From: Chlamydiia bacterium
Lineage (GTDB): Bacteria > Chlamydiota > Chlamydiia > Chlamydiales > JBMOFD01
Direction: 5' to 3'
Assembly: GCA_049314435.1 (NCBI GenBank)
Contig: JBMOFD010000049.1
Coordinates: 1 to 14,472, forward strand
DNA: 14,472 nt
Position numbers and translations under genes: made by a program. The notes beneath the pieces are model-generated. The model was not told where the DNA came from. It worked only from the letters and a program-made list of their open reading frames with translations, and did not search any database. Every line of letters starts with the position of its first letter. Position 1 is the stretch's first letter. Positions 8,417 to 14,472 of this stretch are shown one piece after another.

Positions 8417-8460
8417 GGGTCTCCATGGCATGCATTTTGCATGTCATGCTGTGGAGGCCC
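8417..8460 (+). promoter_or_regulatory. Long RNA hairpin sequestering the RBS of the downstream small ORF
   Basis: GGGTCTCCA (8417-8425) pairs with TGGAGGCCC (8452-8460), which contains GGAGG. Inner stem TGGCATGCA (8426-8434) / TGCATGTCA (8438-8446). The G-U pairs favour the + strand. Confidence 0.5.
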
Positions 8461-8462
8461 CC

Positions 8463-8663
8463 ATGTTCTTTAAAAAGAAAAAAGCACCAGAGACCGAATC
8501 CACAACAAACCCGGCCGAGACCCCTAGCGTACCTGTTCAAGAAGCCCCACCTGCCAAGACCGAAGTCACAAAATCCGGCAGTGTCCCTTCTCTAAGACAG
8601 GAACCACGAATCGAGACGGCTACACGCCGTCATCGTCAAATGCTGCGCAAAGAGGAATCCTAA
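8463..8663 (+). CDS. Small disordered protein (66 aa) with basic termini
   Basis: GGAGG 5 nt before ATG 8463; sequence MFFKKKKAPE...RIETATRRHRQMLRKEES. Its stop overlaps the prmA stop (8660-8663). Confidence 0.6.
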   Translation: MFFKKKKAPETESTTNPAETPSVPVQEAPPAKTEVTKSGSVPSLRQEPRIETATRRHRQMLRKEES

Positions 8664-9595
8664 GACGATCCCAATCGACCTTGCAGGCAGACCCATCCGC
8701 CTTCCGTTGCCCACACATGAAGAGCGATACGACCATGGCTGGCCTCTGCATAGGCTTGGATGACGGCTGGAGCTTGTGCTTCCAGAATCCCCGATAGAAC
8801 GAGCGATCCACCAGGTAAGAGCCTGGCCAGAAGCTGAGGAGCTAGTTCGCAGAGGGGATTGGCTAAGATATTGGCCACGACCACGTCGAACTTGCCCTCG
8901 AGCTGAGGAGCATGGGGCAGCTGAAAATCCGCTACGACATCGTTGCTCGCGGCATTCTGTCGGGCCGATGTGATGGCCATCGGGTCGATGTCGGTGCCGT
9001 AGACCTCACGGGCTCCCAGTTTGAACGCCGCCAAAGCCAAGATCCCTGAACCACACCCATAGTCCAAGACGCGTGCCTGCTTGGGCATCTCTGTTTCCAG
9101 CCAACGTAGGCATAGGCCCGTTGTAGGGTGGCTGCCTGTGCCAAAGGCAAGGCCTGGGTCTAGACGAAGAACCAGGGCGTTAGGATCAGGGACTTCACAC
9201 CAGGTGGGTACGATCCAGAAGGTGCGGCTGATCTGTACAGGAGTGAACTGGTCCTGGACATGCTTCACCCAATCCAGCTCGGCAATGGGTCGTACCTGAT
9301 AGGCGGAAGAGGGGATAGCTGCGCATACCGCAGAGAGGTGAGCGAGTACCTGTTCTGGGAGAATGGGAGGGGAGAAGATCGCGCAGAGAATATTCGCTCG
9401 CCAGATCGTGGGGACTTCGAGCCCAGGTTCGCCAAAGATCGGGAGCTCATCAGGCGTGTCTCGATCAGCATCTTCCGTGGAGACCGAAATGGCTCCGAAG
9501 TCAAAGAGAGCCTGAGTCAGCAGCTCTGCCTCGTCGGCCGGAGCCGCTACCGTCAATTCAAACCACATGATGTTTCTCGCTTTTGACCGGTCCAT
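8660..9595 (-). CDS. prmA: Ribosomal protein L11 methyltransferase
   Basis: DWVKHVQDQFTP, LDPGLAFGTGSHPTT, SAM-binding VLDYGCGSGILA, DIDP, VVANILANPL, LSGIL. The true start may be ATG 9568. Confidence 0.95.
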   Translation of the reverse strand: MDRSKARNIMWFELTVAAPADEAELLTQALFDFGAISVSTEDADRDTPDELPIFGEPGLEVPTIWRANILCAIFSPPILPEQVLAHLSAVCAAIPSSAYQVRPIAELDWVKHVQDQFTPVQISRTFWIVPTWCEVPDPNALVLRLDPGLAFGTGSHPTTGLCLRWLETEMPKQARVLDYGCGSGILALAAFKLGAREVYGTDIDPMAITSARQNAASNDVVADFQLPHAPQLEGKFDVVVANILANPLCELAPQLLARLLPGGSLVLSGILEAQAPAVIQAYAEASHGRIALHVWATEGGWVCLQGRLGSS

Positions 9596-9640
9596 CGCCC
9601 GGGCCCAGATAGCATAACATGGAGAGAGGCTAGCGAGCGA

Positions 9641-10300
9641 TCACTGGCCGAGTTGCCGTTGATACGCACCGCCTAACACTCGATGAGCCTCGGTGAAATT
9701 ACGGTGAGCTAAGAGCTCAACAAAAAGGTCGAATTCAATGGGGTTCCCAGGCCGCCCACGGAGAGTGAACATCTCCTGATTCTCAGTGTCGTCCCAAAGG
9801 GCGTTTCGGATAGGCAAGACCTCCTGCATGAAGGTATCGAGCGCCGGTTGCGCTGTTGCTGCATCATCTTCGGTCACTATGATGGCTGCTTCCTGGGGCG
9901 AGGCTCCAAGAGCCTGATAGAAGTTCCTGAGAAAGAGGTGGGGCTTCTCCCGGCCTGCGCTATCGACGAGACATCGATTCGTACATGCCAGCATTTTCTT
10001 GACCACGTGCGCCAGAAAGGAGGTATTCGAAGGGCTCAGCAGTGGCTGGGAGGGGTTCTTTGTAACGCGCTTTGCGAGAATCCAGTAGGCGCAACAGCCC
10101 ACGGCAAGAGCCAGGGGGCCCCCCCAAAGCGAACCCACCCCGCATAGCAAGCTCACAGCGTAGAATAGATAGGAAATAGCGCTCGCGTGAGCCAGCGCTA
10201 GTATGCGACTCGCACGGCCTCCATCACATCCAGTGTCGGTCATCCGACATAGCTCCGCATAGTGCGTTTGAACGTTCGCTACAACAGGTTGTGGGAGCAT
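9641..10300 (-). CDS. Hypothetical membrane protein, Inc-like (bilobed hydrophobic domain)
   Basis: RBS GAGGT 5 nt before ATG. Residues 33-76 form a 44-aa hydrophobic stretch split by GSLWGGP and followed by KR, with no cleavable signal peptide and a soluble C-terminus. Confidence 0.65.
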   Translation of the reverse strand: MLPQPVVANVQTHYAELCRMTDTGCDGGRASRILALAHASAISYLFYAVSLLCGVGSLWGGPLALAVGCCAYWILAKRVTKNPSQPLLSPSNTSFLAHVVKKMLACTNRCLVDSAGREKPHLFLRNFYQALGASPQEAAIIVTEDDAATAQPALDTFMQEVLPIRNALWDDTENQEMFTLRGRPGNPIEFDLFVELLAHRNFTEAHRVLGGAYQRQLGQ

Positions 10301-10409
10301 GGTCTACCTCGTTAAAAGTCAGGGGTTGTACTAAAGTTATTTTAACTACTCGTTCTTGCTGGCAAGTAGAGCCTCCATCCGTCGGAGAATCGACCTTGGG
10401 TTTCGATGG

Positions 10410-11105
10410 CTAGTTCGCTGGAGTCTCAGGTGAGTAGACAATGCGATACGAGATAGCTGCTCCGCCGAGTAGCCGTTCTGCGACAAACTTGCGGCGCTTG
10501 ACTGGCCTTGCTTCCTCTTCTTGCACGGGCGGCAAAGGGCTTGTGGCTCTTTTGGGCCCTCCTTTTGAACTACTAGCCACAGGTTTCATAGCAAAGTCGT
10601 CCAGTGGTGTGACGAAGTCTGGGAATAGGTTTAGGTCTGAAGCCAGCTCCCGGAGCGCCCGCCGACTTTCTTCGGCTGACAGTTGGCCAGTGGATATAAA
10701 GCGGGAGGTGGCCGCGCTAACCCGACAAGATCTCATCCGCTCTCCAACAGGGGCTTCCCCAACGAACGGAGTCACGGTGAAGATCTGTAGGCTGAGGTCA
10801 TGCAGACGGGCCTGTCGGCTTCCGGCAGGCAGCTGCATTGGGGTAAGGGGGGCGGGGAGATTCGTCTGATTGAAGCGCTGGTGATAGATCTCTTGGTCTC
10901 CTGCTTGTACCCGCGCGTTGTCTTGTAGAAAAGAGAGGTCAAGAGCAGGGGGGCGTCGTCGATGGCGGGGCGTCGATGTGGATGCAGCGGAATCGGTCAA
11001 AGATACACTGCGACTCGATGCCGTGCTGGCGGACTGCTGCTCCACATCGTGGGTCGCTGCAATGCCAGTCGGCGGTTGTGACGAATTAGAATAGATCGGA
11101 TGCAT
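10410..11105 (-). CDS. Hypothetical disordered effector-like protein (231 aa) with MAPK-docking-like and NLS-like motifs
   Basis: GAGG 5 nt before ATG 11105 (the track start is TTG 11120). Ser/Thr/Pro-rich N-terminus; RHRRRPPALDL; KRATSPLPPVQEEEARPVKRRK. Confidence 0.65.
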   Translation of the reverse strand: MHPIYSNSSQPPTGIAATHDVEQQSASTASSRSVSLTDSAASTSTPRHRRRPPALDLSFLQDNARVQAGDQEIYHQRFNQTNLPAPLTPMQLPAGSRQARLHDLSLQIFTVTPFVGEAPVGERMRSCRVSAATSRFISTGQLSAEESRRALRELASDLNLFPDFVTPLDDFAMKPVASSSKGGPKRATSPLPPVQEEEARPVKRRKFVAERLLGGAAISYRIVYSPETPAN

Positions 11106-11237
11106 AAATGCCTCGCACAAGAATTCATATTATTTTAGCGCTATCTGTTGATAACTAGCATCTATTAGTTGTCTATTCATCGAGTCCGCTAAGTTGGTCG
11201 ATGGAAGGCCTTTGTATTAGTAAATATTATAGATATA

Positions 11238-11262
11238 TGGGCGAGTTGTTGAGACCCGCCCA
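11238..11262 (-). terminator. Terminator-like hairpin after the detached tail ORF
   Basis: On the minus strand TGGGCGGGT-N7-ACTCGCCCA (9 bp, one G-U pair), followed by an AT-only-rich run, 11 nt after the 11274 stop. Confidence 0.5.
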
Positions 11263-11273
11263 GCGATCTCTTT

Positions 11274-11498
11274 CTAAGAGTGCATGTCTGGAAAGAGAGA
11301 GTCGGTTTCCCCGTAGACCCACACATCCGGCTCTATGGAGAGCGGTGTTGGAGAGGGAAGGAGGATATCCTCTTGTGGAAGATCATCTTCCAACCTGCCG
11401 TCGTTGAGAGGGGAACCTCCAACCCACGCACACAAGTTCTTCAGGCTAGTCCGCTGTGGTGCTTGCGGTGCTAGCCGGTGGCGTGGATGACCGCTCAA
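11274..11498 (-). pseudogene. Detached paralogous C-terminal tail (gene remnant or 74-aa small protein)
   Basis: Ends in WVYGETDSLFPDMHS*, matching WVCGEPDSLFPELNLS* at the end of the 649-aa protein. It has only a TTG start and is in a different frame from the upstream gene. Confidence 0.55.
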
Positions 11499-11557
11499 AT
11501 ATAGCCTTCAAGGGAAGAGCATTGCAGTCCGCATCATTAGTCTCGTAGCGCCTACGC

Positions 11558-13507
11558 TTAGGACAGGTTCAATTCAGGAAAGAGGGAATCGGGCTCACCG
11601 CACACCCACTCCGATGCTGGTGCGGCGATGGTCTGTTCAACCCCTGGGATGGTAACCATAGAGCTGTTCTGAACAGCAGGTGTGGGAGCTCTAGTTTGCC
11701 ACTGGCCCAGTTCGTCCAGGTAGCTGTATATTGGCTGACCTGTGGACAGGCCTGAAAGTGCTTGCGAGGGGCGTTTGCGAGGAGGAGCCTGCACGTCCGA
11801 CAGAGCGCTGTTGTCGCGGGTGCGTTTCCCTCCGACATGACCATTTGCCGGCAGGAGAGTCACGTCTGTCCTCCTGGTGGAGACGGTGCGAGTGGGCTCG
11901 CTGAGGGATAGCTGCGGCGTCCATACCCTAGGCATGAGGTGGGTGGCCCTGCCTCCAAAAGTCCCCTGTTGGTAAAGGGCTCCCGGCTTTGGCGTGTAAT
12001 GGACACGGGGCGTGCTAGTCCTAGCGCTATCGTCCATCAATTCAGCTACCTCAACATCCACACTGAGTCGATTGGATGGCGCGCTCGCTGTCGAGCTAAC
12101 GTCGCATGTCGAGGACGTGGTTGCAGCGCGCAAGTTCGAGAGAGTTGACCGCGTGCCGGCCAGGTGCGGACCGCCTGTTTGACTGTCACCCTTGACGTGC
12201 CAGATATGAGGGCACTTCCCAGGGAGTTTGCTGGGAGGGCGCTCCGAGCCAAATATATCGGGACGTCCGGTGAGAAAGTGCGTTAGAGCCTCCGTACTAA
12301 TCGTCTCACCCTTCAACTGTTTGAGTAGATCCTGGGAAGTCATAGGGCCATGCTGTTGGATCAGCTTGACCACTTGATCGAGTCGGTCTGCGCAGCGACT
12401 TTGGGTGGCTCTGGAGTGAGTGACCTGCCGGGCTCTGGAGTCGGATGAATTCCTAGTCTTGGAGTGGCTGCATGGTCGCCATTTGCCATCCTCGCTCTCG
12501 GAATATGAAGATGAGGCAGCAGCCGTGGGCTTGATTACCGTCACATGTCTGCTTGCCTGAGCTAAGGGCGTACTGGAGACCAGACTATCGCTGGTCGAAA
12601 GGGCAGGCATTCGGGGCTGATTCAATGAGGTTGCATGCACTTCGGTGTAAGAAGATGCGCCCATTTGATCGTCAGACTTGAGAAACCACGTATGTGAAGG
12701 GCGACCCGGTACATGCATGAGCCGGTCTGAGCTAAAAATGTCAGAGCGTCTTGAGAGACAGTTGGTCACAGCCTGTGCAGAACGGGTGATGTCAGTAGAG
12801 AGCGCAAATAGCTCTTGAGAAGTCATAGGACCGTGTCGCTTAAGTAGCTGGGCATAGTGGTCAGCTAAGGTCGCTCTTGCCGCACCCCCTTTAGGGAGCC
12901 ATTCTTCATCTCTGTCATTGGAACATGAGGATGAGGCAGCAGCCATGGGCTTGATTGCCTTAACACGTCTACCTGCGTGCGCTAAGGGCTGGTTGGCTAC
13001 TAGGCTGTCGTCGGTTGACTGTGAAGGAGCCTTAGATTGGTGCAGCAGGGTTGAACGCATTGCGGTTAGAGACGGTGTGCTTGGTTGACCACCATCTTTG
13101 ACCGTCCACAAGAGAGTCCTGCTATGTTCCGTAATATGTTGCTCTGATTTAAAAATATCAGGATGGACTAACAGGCAGCGTGTAATCGACCAGGTCTCTT
13201 CGTTGCATAATTCCGCTGCGCGTTCGAAGGTCATAGATCCGTAATGATTAAACAGCTCGACTAGCCGAGCGGCTAGATTTTTACACCGAACTGCAGACTC
13301 TGTTGTAGAACCCGTCTGAAGCGCGATGTTTGTTCTGGACGAGCAGCTGCTCTGAACGCACTCACCTTGTAGACATTCGCCCTCATCATCGCTGTGATTG
13401 GAGCTCGGGGACTGGAGCTCGGCATCCACTGGGCAGTTGTTCTGCCCCATCGGCCTCATCAAGATGTACTGCGTAATTATGTTTGACGGGGGGACGCGGT
13501 TTGCCAT
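11558..13507 (-). CDS. 649-aa hypothetical protein with three winged-helix-like repeats, a bipartite-NLS-like motif and an acidic-hydrophobic tail; candidate nuclear effector
   Basis: Long ORF with promoter and RBS (AGGT 7 nt before ATG). Repeats at aa 78-137, 214-277 and 375-439. KRTRDNSALSDVQAPPRKRP at aa 561-580. Confidence 0.75.
   Translation of the reverse strand: MANRVPPSNIITQYILMRPMGQNNCPVDAELQSPSSNHSDDEGECLQGECVQSSCSSRTNIALQTGSTTESAVRCKNLAARLVELFNHYGSMTFERAAELCNEETWSITRCLLVHPDIFKSEQHITEHSRTLLWTVKDGGQPSTPSLTAMRSTLLHQSKAPSQSTDDSLVANQPLAHAGRRVKAIKPMAAASSSCSNDRDEEWLPKGGAARATLADHYAQLLKRHGPMTSQELFALSTDITRSAQAVTNCLSRRSDIFSSDRLMHVPGRPSHTWFLKSDDQMGASSYTEVHATSLNQPRMPALSTSDSLVSSTPLAQASRHVTVIKPTAAASSSYSESEDGKWRPCSHSKTRNSSDSRARQVTHSRATQSRCADRLDQVVKLIQQHGPMTSQDLLKQLKGETISTEALTHFLTGRPDIFGSERPPSKLPGKCPHIWHVKGDSQTGGPHLAGTRSTLSNLRAATTSSTCDVSSTASAPSNRLSVDVEVAELMDDSARTSTPRVHYTPKPGALYQQGTFGGRATHLMPRVWTPQLSLSEPTRTVSTRRTDVTLLPANGHVGGKRTRDNSALSDVQAPPRKRPSQALSGLSTGQPIYSYLDELGQWQTRAPTPAVQNSSMVTIPGVEQTIAAPASEWVCGEPDSLFPELNLS
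12191..13276 (-). repeat. Three diverged intragenic tandem repeats
   Basis: Domain copies at 13097-13276, 12677-12868 and 12191-12385 share G(S/P)MT, L...(P/S)DIF.S and W.(V/L)K. The linker DNA ATGAGGCAGCAGCC.TGGGCTTGATT recurs at 12511 and 12931, 420 nt apart. Confidence 0.85.
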
Positions 13508-13538
13508 GCAGATTACCTACGATGTTTAATCGGCATAG

Positions 13539-13567
13539 ATAATATGCGCGAATGCAATTTGTTCCAA
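13539..13567 (-). promoter_or_regulatory. sigma70/sigma66-type promoter of the 649-aa gene
   Basis: Minus strand TTGGAA (13567-13562), 17-nt spacer, TATTAT (13544-13539), with AT-rich sequence upstream. Confidence 0.55.
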
Positions 13568-13645
13568 TTATTACAAAGGCCGCGAAAGTAAATTAAACGA
13601 ATGTCTTTATGATATTATGAAGTAGTCCGCAGTTGGTGGGGCCTC

Positions 13646-13668
13646 TGCGCTATCGACGTGATAGCGCA
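13646..13668. terminator. Perfect 9-bp hairpin between the two paralogous genes
   Basis: TGCGCTATC-GACGT-GATAGCGCA. There is no U-tract, so it could be a stabiliser or operator instead. Confidence 0.35.
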
Positions 13669-13803
13669 TGCAGAGTATTCCATTGGCTGGGCAGGCCGCG
13701 TCTTCGTTTGAGCTGAGCTCCTGTTGGAGCCGAGGCCAACGCCTGCTATTAGCGCCGCCTATAGCCCTGGCAATTTTGGCAAGGCTGCTGCGCAGGTGGA
13801 TTC

Positions 13804-14472
13804 TTAGAGATCCAACCTATAGCGGTCTTGCACATCAGACGGCCGAGTGCCAGTGTGCCACTGGCACAGCTCGTCCAGATAGCCAAAGGCTATTTGATCT
13901 GTGCAGGATGCGGAAGGGCCTAGTACAGGGCGTTGCTTGAGAGGCGGCGCCGGCACCTCCACCGAAGCGTCGTCGTCGCGAGCACGCTTCCCAGTGATAG
14001 GACCACTTGCCGTGAGCGGCTCTAACTCCGTTTGCCGGACAAGAGGCCTTCGATCGGAGCTGGTTATGGGTAGTTGTTGAGGGAGGCGGCCCCTCGTCGG
14101 CTCGACGCGGATAGTGCCGTCACCAGCAGGCCCCTGGCACAGAAAAAGGACCTGAGCAAGGAGTGCCTTGATCACCTCTGGACTAAGTAGGGGACTTTGG
14201 AGGTCTAGTGACGAGGCAACCGAACAGGAGGAATTGCTAGAGGCTTGCGGAAGGAACCTATGCGGAGCTGTGGATGGAGCAGAGAGCCCAGTCTCAGTGC
14301 GGCTCTGAAGGTGCTGCTCGACAGCCCCTTCAGCGGGACGTAAGGCTGAGACATCATCCATAGTTCTGATCGGATGAACTGAAGACCTATTAGGTGCTGA
14401 GCTAGCACTCATCCAAGGAGAGACAGTCTCCGACGGATTCAATAACCTGAATGTCACGGATGTACATGTTTG
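13804..14472 (-). CDS. 3' part of a hypothetical protein paralogous to the C-terminal region of the 649-aa protein (5' end outside the window)
   Basis: The frame stays open to the window edge (QTCTS precedes GTG 14457). GKRARDDDASVEVPAPPLKQRP...YLDELCQWHT aligns with GKRTRDNSALSDVQAPPRKRP...YLDELGQWQT. Confidence 0.7.
   Translation of the reverse strand, partial: QTCTSVTFRLLNPSETVSPWMSASSAPNRSSVHPIRTMDDVSALRPAEGAVEQHLQSRTETGLSAPSTAPHRFLPQASSNSSCSVASSLDLQSPLLSPEVIKALLAQVLFLCQGPAGDGTIRVEPTRGRLPQQLPITSSDRRPLVRQTELEPLTASGPITGKRARDDDASVEVPAPPLKQRPVLGPSASCTDQIAFGYLDELCQWHTGTRPSDVQDRYRLDL

Noticed and set aside
8394..8462. Longer 89-aa version of the small ORF
   Set aside because: The TTG start overlaps pepA and runs through the hairpin, whereas ATG 8463 has GGAGG.
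8463..8663. Calling the small ORF hctB
   Set aside because: The position fits, but it lacks the Lys/Ala/Val/Thr pentapeptide repeats and the length of Hc2.
10339..10365. TTGCCA...TAAAAT promoter for the Inc-like gene
   Set aside because: The spacer is only 15 nt, so it is plausible but not supportable.
11201..11474. Plus-strand ORFs 11201-11407 and 11280-11474
   Set aside because: The synonymous-change pattern supports coding on the minus strand here.
12191..13276. Z-alpha (Z-DNA/RNA-binding) assignment for the repeats
   Set aside because: The size and terminal Trp are similar, but the N-x-x-L-Y recognition signature is missing. Kept only as a structural alternative.
13553..13567. sigma54 promoter TGGAAC...TTGCA upstream of the 649-aa gene
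   Set aside because: GG-to-GC spacing is 8 nt rather than the required 10; the sigma70-type reading fits better.
13668..13940. 90-aa plus-strand ORF, and possible read-through of the 13804 stop
   Set aside because: The ORF is antisense to the conserved YLDEL module. Sequence beyond the stop shows no similarity to the 649-aa tail.
1..14472. CRISPR array, tRNA/rRNA, IS/integrase, or reverse-transcriptase (retron/DGR) system
   Set aside because: I saw no regularly spaced repeats, cloverleaf, transposase, integrase or RT motifs. The duplicated C-terminal motif differs at synonymous positions rather than specifically at adenines, so it is not a DGR TR/VR pair.

Overview
This looks like a chromosomal window from an environmental Chlamydiae-like bacterium, inferred from the chlamydial-type SSB and the ssb-pepA order. 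It has three parts. (1) 1-3870 is an accessory/defence segment: a GC-rich REP-like hairpin element, a signal-peptide hypothetical protein, an AbiEi-AbiEii type IV toxin-antitoxin operon preceded by two TGTCA-N5-TGACA palindromes, and a convergent AAA_14/DUF4143 ATPase with a PD-(D/E)xK motif. (2) 4035-9595 is housekeeping: recD2 divergent from ssb-pepA-small basic ORF, plus a prmA that looks betaproteobacterial. (3) 9641-14472 is a co-oriented minus-strand array of orphan, effector-like genes: an Inc-like bilobed membrane protein, a disordered protein with MAPK-docking-like and bipartite-NLS-like motifs, a 649-aa protein with three winged-helix (forkhead-like) repeats, a bipartite-NLS-like motif and an acidic-hydrophobic tail, a detached second copy of that tail, and a truncated paralog sharing the NLS module. 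The most novel candidate is this cluster of host-nucleus-targeted, transcription-factor-mimicking effectors. All family assignments come from motif recognition by eye; no searches were run.
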